Positions 13,351-27,215 are shown, counted from the stretch's first letter. The stretch is 64,000 bases of DNA from the human T2T-CHM13v2.0 reference genome, Homo sapiens (GCF_009914755.1 NC_060930.1), one strand, 5' to 3'. Notes: generated by a model not told the origin, from the letters alone. Made by a program: numbers and translations.

Positions 13351-14203
13351 TAATGTCTTTTACATGAAACTACAGTACTCTTTCTAAATAGCAAATTCAA
13401 ACAGACTAGTTTTTCTTTCTTCCAGTGCTGCAAAGGATCTAGTAGTAAATAAAAATACTAAAAAGCAAAGTGTTGACTGTTGTTCTGAACCTTTGAAATA
13501 AACAGGGTTTTTTCTTGCCTTTGGGAGTTTTCATTTCATTACCAACAGCAACTGCCATTTCACATGTACTTTAAATATACAGTGTCTTTCCTCAGTATAA
13601 TGGACTAAGCTAATAAGACTGGACAAATCCAACTCCTACCACTCATAATACCAAATATAAATATCAGATAAAAAAATAAGTAGTTAGCCAAAGTTGAGAG
13701 AAATAAACTCACACACAAAAAAACCAGAAACTACCGAGTAACGAAACAGAATATTCAGCTGAGAGCTGATGCCATGATGCCATCCATCAGGAACCATAGG
13801 GTAAGGGTGTCAAATGCAGATGTAGAGGTTGGGGCCAAGTCTTTAATGTATATGGGAAGAAAAAGCCAGAGTCTTGGGCCAAACGGGGTCCAGCATACCA
13901 TAATAGGGCTTCTGTACAAAACACAGCTCCTTAAAAGAGTGCCCAATAAATACAAATCATATTAGAAAATCTCCAACTTTTAGCCCAGGGAAGCCTTCAG
14001 GAGGGCTGTTGTCTCCTCAAAGACAATACTTGCAGGGGAGGACAGGAAAGAGGATTAAAAATTACAGAACTGTAGCATGAATTGAAGTCCCATCCAAATT
14101 CACACTTTTCACAAGAGGTAGGAACCTAACCAAAAACTGTAATTATGATTAATTTAGTTAATATTAAATGTAATAATTAGTATTAATAGTATTAAAAAGA
14201 TGT

Positions 14204-14729
<526 letters not shown>

Positions 14730-15381
14730 GAGATATAACTAAAATCTCATTATAAACAAACAAAGACCCAAGGAATCTTTCTCTCTCCCACAAACAGATG
14801 CACATAAAACCCAGCTGGAAAAAAGCTGCAATAAAACATTATATGTCATTGATGAAACATAACTTGATTATTCAATTTATTATTTCATCTTTGGAATGTT
14901 CACTACTTATGCTGCTTCTCTAAATCAAAAGACCTCAAAAATTTGCTTTAATGGCATACAGATTTGAATATTCTACTTTGATGAATAGAGTTAAAAAACA
15001 AAATTTACAAACTATAACTGCTTAACCATAACTGCTGAATTTTGCTTTAAAATAACAACTAACGGTATCATTGATTTAATTAACTGTGTCTCACCTCTTT
15101 CCCAAACAGATATGGAGTAAACATAAAGATCTCAAGGAGATCATTTTTATATCTTACCAAATGCTTTAAAGGATTTAAAAGGATAATTTCAATTGGTCCA
15201 TAACTATATTTAAAACACTGTACTTTTTAACCAAATAAAACATAACTTGAAATTGGTCTCCTCTATTGAAATAATAGCATTAAGAATATATGTATTTATT
15301 TAGCAGTGCTACCTTCATTCCATGTATTTTTGGAATCCTTTCAGAAATGTATCACATATATTTCTGTAAGCTTTACTTTTC

Positions 15382-15770
15382 TCTATTATTTTCTAAATAA
15401 TAATCTACTATTTTCTAAATAATAATAGAATAATCTATTATTTTCTAAATAATAATAGAATAATCTATTATTTTCTAAATAATAGTAGAATAATCTATTA
15501 TTTTCTAAATAATAGTAGAATAATCTATTATTTTCTAAATAATAGTAGAATAATCTATTATTTTCTAAATAATAGTAGAATAATCTATTATTTTCTAAAT
15601 AATAGTAGAATAATCTATTATTTTCTAAATAATAACAGAATAATTATTTTCTAAATAATAATAGAATAATCTATTATTTTCTAAATAGTAATAGAATAAT
15701 CTATTATTTTCTAAATAGTAATAGAATAATCTATTATTTTCTAAATAATAATAGAATAATCTATTATTTA
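15382..15770. repeat. AT-rich minisatellite, 30-bp unit (TAATCTATTATTTTCTAAATAATAATAGAA), about 13 copies
   Basis: Units in register from 15401; single-base variants; one unit with a 4-bp deletion at about 15641. Confidence 0.97.
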
Positions 15771-16610
15771 GTGATGAGTAAAAGGACAAAGATTCCCTGT
15801 TCAATGCCTTTCCATTTTTCTCAGTTGCGAATTTTTGTTGTTGCTTTTGTCATTTGTTTTCCCGCCATATCTACTTAGCCATTGATTGTACGTATTTTAG
15901 AGTTGATTATTTTAATTAAAGCTGCATGGCTCTGCATTTCAGAAAGATAAAGTATTTGCTAGGATTTAAATTAGGGATCTGCAAATCCATCATAAATCTG
16001 ACTCAGTTTCATTTGTATGTTTCCAGCCCGCTCAAGGGCAGTATGTGAAGTAAGTCGATATCATGCGTGTAATTGACTGATTGCTATTAATTTGAAATAT
16101 GTGAATTTGAGGGCTGCCTTTATATAAATTCATTAATGTGCCATCCTTCACTGGCAATGATCAAGCTGCTGGCACATCACTAATAGGATATTTGCTTTGC
16201 GTTGTTTTTAGTGGTCATGATGAATTTGGGTTGATCCATTCCACATACAGCTGTCTATTTTTTTTTTTTGTGACTAATGGGCCATATCTGGTGTGGCAGG
16301 CTTATAGATATTATCCTCATTCTTAATGGAAGATGAAAAAATGGCAACAAAATATATAATGTTGGCTTCATTTACTAGAGCCAAACAAGCATGAATATAT
16401 TATAAAACTACTCTCTAGTCAAAAAGCTAGAAATTATCAGGATAACTTTTTCACCTAAACAAACATTAAATTCATATAAACTATAATGGATTTTTATGTA
16501 TACCATTAGTATTGCACAAAGTAACATGTAATTAACGATTTCAAATGAAAATTTCAATAAAAAAGGGATGATTTAGAACAAATATCAGTTTGGCAAAATG
16601 TAATGTTATT

Positions 16611-17145
16611 TGTACTAGTTACGAAGCTATTGTCTTCTCAGCTTCAACCTCCCTGCCTGTTACCCTTCTACACTCTTCTTTGTAAGCTGAGTCTTAAATT
16701 GTCTTTTATCTGTAGAGACATATGAAGAAGAAAGTATGGTTGAAAAGAAAAGAGACTTTCTTTTGTCCTTTCGGTTGTTGTTCTTCCTAGTAAAGAAAAT
16801 CCCTTCAGCCCTGCAGTTGTTTATCTCAGTCCCCTGCATCACTGGGTACTTCTAGAACCAGCTTCAGTTAATTCTTTCACAGTCACCAGTATGAGCCAGA
16901 TGGAATCTGTTTACCAGAGTATTAGACATCATTCCATGAGGACCTCCTCCAAGATTCTAAATCTTCATTATTTCTCCAATTGGATGGGTAGTGTCTCTTT
17001 CCCTGAGTTATTACTATTTTATTATGTCATTTTTTTTCCATTTTAATCTTTCAAACATCTGTTTAACCAGTTTCCTAGGATGTCAAATTATCTTCATTGA
17101 AATAGATAATAAATTTATATTTCCTGATGATTTTGATAGACTACC
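16611..17145 (+). mobile_element. Old ERVL-class LTR (LTR40/LTR52-like)
   Basis: Start TGTACTAGTTACGAAGCTATTGTCTTCTCAGCTTCAA and end TTTCCTGATG...TGATA resemble this LTR group; heavily diverged. Confidence 0.4.
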
Positions 17146-17249
17146 ATAAGCGAGAGTTAACTTTTCTAGAGATTAGATAATTTTAATTGAAATATTGAGT
17201 AAAATTTTTAATCCATAATCTACTTTTGAAATATTAATCAACTTAGTTA

Positions 17250-17750
17250 ATTATGCTGCCTGTTTAAACCCATTCCATTCTTCTTTGTTACTGACAAAAA
17301 AAAACAAACTTGAGAGATACTTTAAATGTGAGAGCATAAGTGACTATGGTGGTCACCTGGTTTTGGTTTGAACTGTTTTATTTTGGATCTGATCTGTGAC
17401 CTTTGGAGAACTTATTGCCCTCTCTCTTCCTTTGCCCAAACACACACATACCATATGTGCCGTGTGGTTCCAGTTTGCCAATCACAGAACCATATGTCCC
17501 CTAATTTCCAAAGTTGACTGGTCAGATTTCCTTTCCCAAGAATGTTAATCATGAATGCACACCCCAAAGATGAAGGCTAACTTGGGTTGAAACATTCAAT
17601 AGCAATTTCTAAGAGAGATGATGCCTGCCTTTCTACTCTTAATATCCATGGTTAGTGTCCACAGGGCTAATTCTTTAGCTATTCCTTCTCTCCTGAAGCT
17701 ACCAAATATTCTTTGTTTATTTGGTTAAGTAAATACTGGTAGATTGCTTT
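17250..17750 (+). mobile_element. Old ERVL-class LTR fragment (LTR16-like)
   Basis: CCAATCACAGAAC...TGACTGGTCAGATTTCCTTTCCCAAGAAT and a terminal TTTGGTTAAG; diverged. Confidence 0.35.
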
Positions 17751-17883
17751 ATACATACAGTAGTTCTGCTTATATATTGCTTTTTAGGTGGCTGCTTTAT
17801 ACATACAGTATTGCTTTATACATACAGATTGCTTTATACATACAGTAGTTCTGCTTATATATTGCTTTTTAGATGGCTGCTTT
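17741..17883. repeat. Complex local duplication: 58-bp block x2 with two short templated copies between
   Basis: 17741-17798 and 17826-17883 differ at one base; the spacer consists of TGCTTTATACATACAG copies. Confidence 0.95.
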
Positions 17884-18080
17884 CCCATTTCTCAGCTATG
17901 CTCTTTAATTAACTATGAAAAAGATGTCATTTTCTCCATTTTTTTAAACATGGGATGAAAGAATCATGTCTGCTTCATAGTTTCATCCATTGACATAATA
18001 TATTTATAAAATATAGTTTTAATATAAACTTTGGGAACATACTTGGTATACACAGTCTACAATTAACTAAGGATAGTGTT

Positions 18081-18392
18081 TGATATGGTTTGGCTGTGTC
18101 CCACCCAAATCTCATCTTGAATTGTACATAATTCGCACATGTCATGGGAGGCACCCAGTGGCAGGTAATTGAATCATGGGGTGGGTCTTTCCCATGTTGT
18201 TCTCATGATAGTGAATAAGTCTCACAGGATCTGATAATTGTACAAAGGGGGGTTTCCCTACACAAGCTCTCTTGCCTGCCACCGTGTAAGATGTGACTTT
18301 GCTCCTCATTTGTCTTCAGCCATGATGTGAGGCCTACTGAGCTATGTGGAACTGTGAGACAATTAATTGAAATCTCTTTCCTTTATAAACTT
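18081..18392 (+). mobile_element. THE1B-like 5' LTR, 3' end missing
   Basis: Starts TGATATGGTTTGGCTGTGTC and stops after CTTTCCTTTATAAA, lacking the terminal ~45 bp seen in the 3' LTR. Confidence 0.92.
18166..18176 (+). promoter_or_regulatory. Intact DUX4-type motif TAATTGAATCA in THE1B 5' LTR
   Basis: Sequence match; the equivalent site in the 3' LTR is mutated (TAATTGAACCA). Confidence 0.45.
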
Positions 18393-18595
18393 TGCATTAG
18401 TCAGGGTTCCTTAGAGGGACAGGACTAATAAAATAGATGTATATATGACGGGGAGTTTATTAGGATAATTAACTCACGCGATCACAAGGTGAAGTCCCCA
18501 ATAGACTGTCTGCAAACTGAGGAGCCAGGAAGCCAGTCTGAGTCCCAAAACCTCAAAAGTAGGGAAACAATAGTGCAGCCTTCAGTCGACGGCCA
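18393..18595 (-). mobile_element. MLT2A (HERV-L LTR) 3' portion
   Basis: TGCATTAGTCAGGGTTCCTTAGAGGGACAGGACTAATA...GGGGAGTTTATTA...ATCACAAGG is the reverse complement of the MLT2A end. Confidence 0.9.
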
Positions 18596-19348
18596 ATGGA
18601 ATGCTGTTTCCCATGCCCCAGTTTATGGCTAGATGGGTCAGATAGCACCCAGTTTATGACAGGTAGCTCAGGTCCCATGGTGACTTGATGACCCATAGTC
18701 AAACTTTCAGTTTCCACCAAAGCCCAGTAACATGACAGGAGCTGTTTCTCGAAAGGAGAGTAGTTATCTGCAGAAGGTGGGAGGGCCTTGTTCCAAAATT
18801 CTACAGGCCTTCTGTGTGACTCACTTGTGGGGGCCTGCCAAAGGCTCCAAACAGCATCCCTATCTGTGACTGACACCTCAAGCACCATTGGATCTACTGG
18901 GTTGTATGGCCTAAGTGGCAGAGCAGCTTTCACATCAGCCTGGAGCTGGCTCTGAGCCTTCTCCTTTTGTGGACCCCACTCAAATTTGCAGCCATTTGGG
19001 TCACTTGATAAATGGGCTGGAGTAACATACCCAAATGAGAAATGTGTTGCCTCCCAAACCCAAATAGGCTCACCAGGCCTTGTGTCTCTTTCTCGGTTGT
19101 AGGAGCGGCCAAATGCAGCAACTTATCCTTTACCTTAGAAGTAATATCTCAACAGGCCCCACACCACTGGACCCCTAGGAATTTTACTGAGGTAGAAGTT
19201 TCCCGAAGTTTAGTTGGATTTATTTCCCATCCTCTGGCACACAAGTGTCTCACCAATAAGTCCAGTGTGTTTCTACTTCTCGCTCACTGGAGCCAATCAG
19301 CATAATGTCATCAACGTAATCCACCAGTATGATATCTTGTGGAAGGGA
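18596..19348 (-). pseudogene. pol: HERV-L pol fragment (RT catalytic region to connection/RNase H-like region), frameshifted
   Basis: Translations SLPQDIILVDYVDDIMLIG (YxDD at 19307-19318), LHLAAPTTEKETQGLVSLFGF and ADNYSPFEKQLLSCYWALVETESLTMGHQVT, split over several frames. Confidence 0.92.
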
Positions 19349-19950
19349 TATGTGGGGTGCGAGCCCCAACACAGAGTCCCCACTGGGGCACTGCCTAGTA
19401 GAGCTGTGAGATGAGGGCCACTGTCCTTTAGGCCCCAGAATGGTAGATCCTCCAACAGCTTGCACCATGCCCCTGGAAAAACTGAGGACATTCAATGCCA
19501 GCCCGTGAAACCAGCCAGCAGGGGCTGTATCCTTCAAAGCCACGGTGGAGGACTGCCCAAGACTGTGGGAGCCTGCCTCTTGCAACAGCATGACCTGGAT
19601 GTGAGACAGAGAGTCATATGAGATCATTTTGGAGGTTTAAGATTTAACTGCCCCACTGGATTTCAGACTTGCATGAGGTCTGTAGCTTCTTCGTTTTGCC
19701 CAATTTCTCCCGTTTGGAATGGGTGTATTTACTCAATGCCTGTACCCCCATTGTATCTAGGAAGTAACTAACTTGCTTTTGATTTTATAGGCTCATAGGT
19801 GGAAGGGACTTGCCTTGTCTCAGATGAGACTTTGGACTGTGGGCTCTTGAGTTAATGCTAAAATGAGTTAAGAATCTGGGGGACTGTTGAGAAGGCATGT
19901 TTGGCTTTGAAATGAGAGGACGTGATATTTGGGAGGGACCAGAGTTGGAA
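19341..19950 (+). mobile_element. THE1-int internal region, 3' ~600 bp
   Basis: ACACAGAGTCCCCACTGGGGCACTGCCTAGT, CCCCAGAATGGTAGATCC, TGTACCCCCATTGTATCTAGGAAGTAACTAACTTG, and a purine-rich tract before the LTR. Confidence 0.92.
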
Positions 19951-20314
19951 TGATATGATTTGGCTCTGTCCTCACCCAAATCTCATCTTGAATTGTAGCT
20001 CCCATAATTCCCATGTGTCATGAGAGAGACCTGGTAGGAGGTAATTGAACCATGGGGGTGGGTCTTTTCCATGCTGTTCTCATGGTAGTGAATAAGTCTC
20101 AAGAGATCTGATGGTTTTATAAAGGAAAATTCCCCTACACAAGCTCTCTTGCCTGCTGCCATGTAAGACGTGACTTTGCTTCACATTTGTCTTCAGCCGT
20201 GATTGTGAAGCCTCCCCAACCATGTGGAACTGTGAGTCAATTAAACCTCTTTCCTTTATAAAGCACCCAGTCTCAGGTATATCTTTATTAGCAGCATGAG
20301 AACAGATTAATACC
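19951..20314 (+). mobile_element. THE1B-like 3' LTR, complete
   Basis: TGATATGATTTGGCTCTGTCC...GCAGCATGAGAACAGATTAATAC. Confidence 0.93.
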
Positions 20315-20462
20315 ATTTTGATTATATTTGGGAAGACGGCTTAGATAATATTTTTGAAGTTTAATTAATAATAGCAAAAGTCATTATATGAAATTAAAAT
20401 TTAAATTGTGACCTGTTTCTCTTTTTTATTTGGACACACAGAGTTTACTGGTGCCTCATTAA

Positions 20463-20720
20463 TTTCATTTATTTGTTTACACATGGTTTTAACAAATATT
20501 TATTAAATGTGTCCTATATGCTACACACTGTGGTAAACAGAAGAGATGAAGAGTTAAGGAAAAGTCTGTCTTCAGAGAGCTTCCATTATAGTGGGAGAAA
20601 TGGGCAACTAGAGAAGTGCTGTGAAGCATGACAAAATCTATTGTAATGATAGGCACAGGATACTATGGTGACAGAGGTAAATGGCATGTGGTCAGATTAG
20701 AAAGTAGGAAAAGTTTATAA
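20463..20720 (-). mobile_element. L2 3' end fragment
   Basis: AACAAATATTTATTAAATGTGTCCTATATGCTACACACTGTG, a typical antisense L2 tail. Confidence 0.65.
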
Positions 20721-21905
20721 TAAGATATAAGAGAATAAGGAAAAAGGAGAAAAGAAAGTTAAGACACTAAAAAAGAAATAAAATACTTAAAATTTTGCTT
20801 GTTTAGAACCAAGGATTCCTTTGGTGAATATAGGAGAACAGGTAATAGGCAGGATCCCACTTATCCTTGTGTGCCAAGCTAAACTCTATTTCTTTCTTGA
20901 TATCCTATTGAAGAATAACACAATGATCAAGTTATAATTACATTAATTAAACCTACTTTTAAACATACTTTTTTCTCATTATAGAGCTATGTATATGACT
21001 TATAATAATTCTTCATTTTCTTTCAAAAACATTTAATTATGAACAATTAACAGTAATTTACATATTATAAATATAGTACTAAATAATTTTTGCCCTCGTA
21101 TTTCACTACAGCTGTAACTTTTTAACACAAATATGTTTGGTAAACAATAGTTATTCCAGATGTGTGGAAATCAGCTGATAACTATTGTAGTGTCCGCATT
21201 ACCAAAAATATGTAATTAAAAATTAATATAATTAATTTATATTTCAAATATTATAAGATATGTTGAATAGTCACAACTCAATTATGTACAATATTGGGTA
21301 TTAATTTCATTTGCTTTTATTTTTAATGCCTGCTATCAACATTGTTTATTGAATCTCAAAAGCACTGAGCAGTGATGAAACAATCTTACCCATAATAACA
21401 TGCCAATTGAAGCCAAATATCATTCAAATATTTCTAGATTAAAACTCAGTCTTAAAGGCCGAAGTTTTCACTGCCTGTTCTTGTCAGTTCCGATTTGTTG
21501 CCATGGAGATCACTGCCTTTCTTTTGTTGTGGGGTATGTCTCTGGGTGTATGTCTATCTCTTTTGTATAACTCCTTTGCCAGATATTGGATTCACCCAAT
21601 ATTAGTTTTAGCATTTCAGAGGGAAGTGTTCTTCTTTGTTTTTATCCAAAGGAGCAAGTTTCCTTTTTTTTCAAACTGCTGTACAAATGCTTTACCTGGT
21701 CTCTTATTGGCCTAAATAGTTCCAAGCATATCAAAATGTTAACCAATCAGTGATAAAGACAATGGAACTACTACCATGATTGATTTAGTATACTTATCTA
21801 AGGTTGAATCATTAGTGGTATCAATCACAATATTACCATACACAAATACAGGCATACCTTGGAGATATTGAATGTTCAGTTTCAGACCACCACAATCAAG
21901 GGGAT

Positions 21906-22261
21906 TGTATTAGTCCATTCTCAAGCTGCTATGAATTAATACCCAAGACTTGGTAATTTATAAAGAAAAGAGGTTTAATTGACTCACAGTCCACATGCCT
22001 GGGGAAGCCTCAGGAAACTTACAATCATGGCAGAAGGCCCCTCTTCACAGGGCAGCAAGAGAGAGATTGAGTGTTGAGTGAAGGGGGAAGCTCCGTATAA
22101 AATCATAAGATCTCCTGAGAACTCACTCACTATCAGGAGAACAGCATGAGGAAAACAACCCCCATGATTCAATTGTCTCCACCTGGTTCCACCCTTGCCA
22201 TGTGGGGATTATTGCAATTCAAGGTGAGATTTAGGTGGGGACACAGAGCCCAGCCCTATCA
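21906..22261 (-). mobile_element. THE1D-like solo LTR nested in Tigger1
   Basis: TGTATTAGTCCATTCTCA...GGTGGGGACACAGAGCCCAGCCCTATCA; 5-bp TSD GGGAT/GGAAT. Confidence 0.9.
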
Positions 22262-22444
22262 GGAATATTGTAATAAAGCCAGTCACACACATGTTTGTTT
22301 GTGGTTTTTTTTTTTCTTTTGGTTTCTGAGTGCATATAAATGTTATGTTTACCCTATACTGAGAGTTTATTAAGTGTGAAATAGCATTATGTCCAAAAAA
22401 AAGGGAGCATAACTTAATTAAAAATACCTTATTGTTAAAAAATG

Positions 22445-24196
22445 CTAATAATCATTTGAGCTTTCAGAGAGTCATAATCTTTTCTGATGGAGGTTTTTGT
22501 CTCGATGATGATGACTGCTGGTCAGAATGGTGGTTGCTAAAAGTAGGGTGGCTGTGGCAAGGTCTAAAATAAAAGAACAGTAAGGTTTGCTATACCTATT
22601 GATTGTTCCTTTTGCAAAGATTTCTCTATAGCATTAGGTGCTGTTGGATAGCATGTTAGCCATAGTAGAACTTTTCTCAGAATTGCAGTAAATTCTGTAA
22701 AACCCTGCCACTGCTTTATCAACTAAGTTTATGTAATGTTCTAAATCCTTCATCGTCATTTCAAAAGTGTTCACGATAGCTTCATAGGAGTAGATTTCAT
22801 TTGAAGAAACCACTTTCTCTTCTAACCATGAAAGCAACTCCTCATTGATTAAAGTATTTTCTGAGATTGCCACAATTCAATCACATATGCAGGATCCACT
22901 TCCAATCCTAGTTATCTTGCTATTTCCACTGCATCTCCAGTCACATCCACCACTGAAATCTTGAAACCCTCAAAGTCATTCATCAGGATTGGAATTAATT
23001 TCTTCCAAACTCCTGTTAATGTTAATATTTTGATATTTTCTGAAGAATCATGAGTATTCTTAATGGCATCTAGAATGGTGAGTCATTTCCAAAGGTTTCC
23101 AATTTACTTAAATCTATCAGAGGAATAAGTATCTATGGAAGCTATAGCCTTATGAAATGTATCTCTTAAATAAAAAAAAAACTTGAACGTCAAAATTGCT
23201 TTTTGATTCACAGACTACAGAATGGATATTGTGTTAGCAAACACCAAAGCAACATTAATCTCCTCGTACATCTACATCAGAGTTCTTGAATGACAAAATG
23301 TATTGTCAATGATTAGCAACATTGTGAAAGAAATGTATATTTTCTGGGAAGTAAGTCTCAATTGTGGGCTTAAAACACAGTAAACTATACTGTAAATGGA
23401 TGTGTTGCTGTCCAGGCTTTGACGCTCCATTAATATAGCACAAGAAGAGTAGATTTAGCATAATTTTTAAGGGCCCTAGGATTTTCAGAATAGTAAAAGA
23501 GTATTGGGTTCAATTTAAAGTCATCAGCTGTATTAGCCCCAACAAGAGTTAGCCTGTCTTTTGAAGCTTTGCAGTCAGACATTGACTTCTCTCTAGGCTT
23601 GAAAGTCCTAGATGGCATCTCCTTCCAATGGAAGACTGTCTTGTGCACATTACAAATCTGTTGTTAGCACAGCCACGTATGTCAATTTTCTTAGCTAGGT
23701 CTTCATGGTAACCAGCTGAAGTTTCTACAACAGACTTACTGCTTCACCTTGCACTTTTATGTTATGGACAGAGCTTCTTTCCTTCAACCTCATGAACAGA
23801 TCTCTGCAATAACAGCTTCAAACTTTCCTTCAGTAGCTTATTCACCTCTCGTAGCCTTCGTAGAACTAAAGAGAGTTAGGGCCTTCCTCTGGATTAGGTT
23901 TTGGCTTGTGGAAATATTTGATTTTCTATCCAGACCACTAAAACATTCTCTGTATCAGCAATAAAACTGTTGCACTTTCTTATTATTCTCATGTTCACTG
24001 GAGTAGCACTTTTAATTTCCTTCAAGGACTCTTTCATTGCATCTATAACTTGGCTAACTGTTTGTCACAAGAAAATGAGCTTTAGGCCTATCTAGATTTT
24101 CAACATACCTTTCTCACTAAGCTTAATCATTTCTAACTTTTGATTTAAATTGAGAAATATGCAACTCTGCCTTTTACTTGAACACAAAAAGGCCAT
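22445..24196 (-). pseudogene. Decayed Tigger1 transposase (pogo/CENP-B-like DDE)
   Basis: ATG at 24196; fragments HWKEMPSRTF..KASKDRLTL..ENPRALKNYAKSTL and IVNTFEMTMKDLEHYINLVDKAVAGF; many stops and frameshifts. Confidence 0.88.
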
Positions 24197-25589
24197 TGGA
24201 ACTTTATTAATTGGCCCAATTTAAATATAGTTGTGTCTCACGGAATAAGGAGGCTTAGAGAAGACAGGGAGGGAGAGGGTTAGGGAGGATAAGGGGAGGA
24301 GGGAGATAGAAAGAGAGAATAGAGAGAATGGTACAGGGAGTGGCCAGTAGGTGGAGCAGTGAGAACACATAGAATGTTTATCAATTAAGTTCACCATCTT
24401 ATATTGGCCCAGTTCATGGCGCTATAAAATAATTAGAATAGTAACACCAGATATCATTGTTCACAGATAACCATCACAAATATAACTATAATGAAAAAGT
24501 TTTTACTATTTTGAGAATTCTTATAATGTGACACAGGGACAGGAAGTGAGCACATGCTGGTGGAAAATAGCACTGATAGACTTGCTCCATGGGGGTTGCC
24601 ACAAACCTTCAATTTATGAAAAATGAAATATCTGTGAAGCACAATAAAGCAAAGACTAATGAAATGAGGTATTCCTGTAACATTGTATTTAAATGAAACT
24701 CATGTATTCAGAATTAGAGTAATCATAATTCTTGGTTTATTGCACATTTTCATCATTAGTCTCTGAATTGACTAGTTATAATGTACATATGGATAGATAG
24801 ATACATCAGAGGGAGAAAGAGAGAGAGACTATTTTGTCTGAAAACACAATGTATAAATGCTCTATAAATTTATTCAACTGAAAAGTTTTGGGCTCCATCT
24901 TTGAGATCTAAGACAAGATGCTTATATACTAAAAATAGAAGCTAACCAAAGTGTTCTTGAGAAAACAGAGTGAAGTATTTCACTGTAAAACATAAACCAT
25001 CGTTTCACTATCCAGTTTAAATCATGGCTCATTATTTGTGGTATTTTTCTTTCACTATTCCAAGACATATATAGCAAAAACTTGATTTCCTTTTGCTGTG
25101 CTAGCTTTTAGAGCACATTGACAGAAATGGTGAAAAAATGTAATCAATGCTTTGGGACACATGTGAAAATCCAATGCCCATCTCAGTTCTTGGCTAAAAT
25201 AGTTCTGCCAAGTCTATTTTCTATTGTTGTGTGCTATTTCTCTCTACATTTATCTTTTGCACTTGTCTTACACCCTTCCTGTCTCTCTCCTCCTTCAATC
25301 CTCAGCAACTCTCTAAATACTCAAAGCACCATTTATACAGAGTACTCGACTCACAGTGAAACGTGAAAGTGCCCTATTCTTGCATCATTTCTATACTTCA
25401 TTCCTGTCAGCCTTGCAGAGGGCTGGGCATGTGTGTGAGTGTGTATGTGTGTGTGTTGGTTGCAGAGAGGGCTACATTTCAAATATTGATTAAAGCACAG
25501 TTGAAAGGGCACCTTCAAACACATAGATGTGATTGACTAAAATAATTCAAACTTGCAGAAATCTATTTGTTAATATGCCTAAAATATCT

Positions 25590-26720
<1,131 letters not shown>

Positions 26721-27215
26721 TAGATCCTGAAAACAGTTCATGCTTTTTGAGCCAGAAATTTTACTTCTAATGAGTTATCCTAAGGTTATAATCATACATG
26801 CAAAAAATGACTTCTGTGTAAAGGTATTACCATGCTATCTTTATTTTACTATATTCAAAGCCTCTTTTCCAAATGTTACTTAATCACATATATGTGTATG
26901 TATGTGTACTTGTATGTAATTAAGTACTAAAATATATTCTATTTTGTATTACTGTATGTGTGTGTGTATATACAGAGTGTATACACAGAGAGAGAGAAAT
27001 GTATTAGAATTGCAAGACTATTCTTACATTTCTAAGGAAAAATTGGCAAAGTAATGCACAGAATCATTGGCTTTTAAAATCATATATTTAAAATAGCTTG
27101 TTTCATTTTTAGGTTGGATAATTGCATACTGCTCTCAATTTGAAATTAATATTTAGGACATTAATCTTAAATACATGCTTAAAGTTGTTCCCAGAAAAAC
27201 TTTAGCTACTAGTGT

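Larger units (their letters stand above)
21849..24677 (-). mobile_element. Full-length Tigger1 DNA transposon (TcMar-Tigger), interrupted by a THE1 LTR
   Basis: TIRs CAGGCATACCTT / GAGGTATTCCTG, TA TSDs at 21847-21848 and 24678-24679; ~2.47 kb after removing the LTR. Confidence 0.95.

Noticed and set aside
15382-15770. CRISPR-like array (30-bp palindromic repeats)
   Set aside because: Repeats are head-to-tail with no unique spacers, there are no cas genes, and the DNA is primate.
18553-19627. Functional reverse transcriptase or novel RT system
   Set aside because: Only a ~750-bp frameshifted HERV-L pol fragment lacking the RT N-terminal half; the ORF upstream of YVDD is antisense THE1-int.
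22445-24196. Domesticated TIGD1-like gene
   Set aside because: The ORF is broken into fragments under 80 aa inside an ordinary Tigger1 copy.
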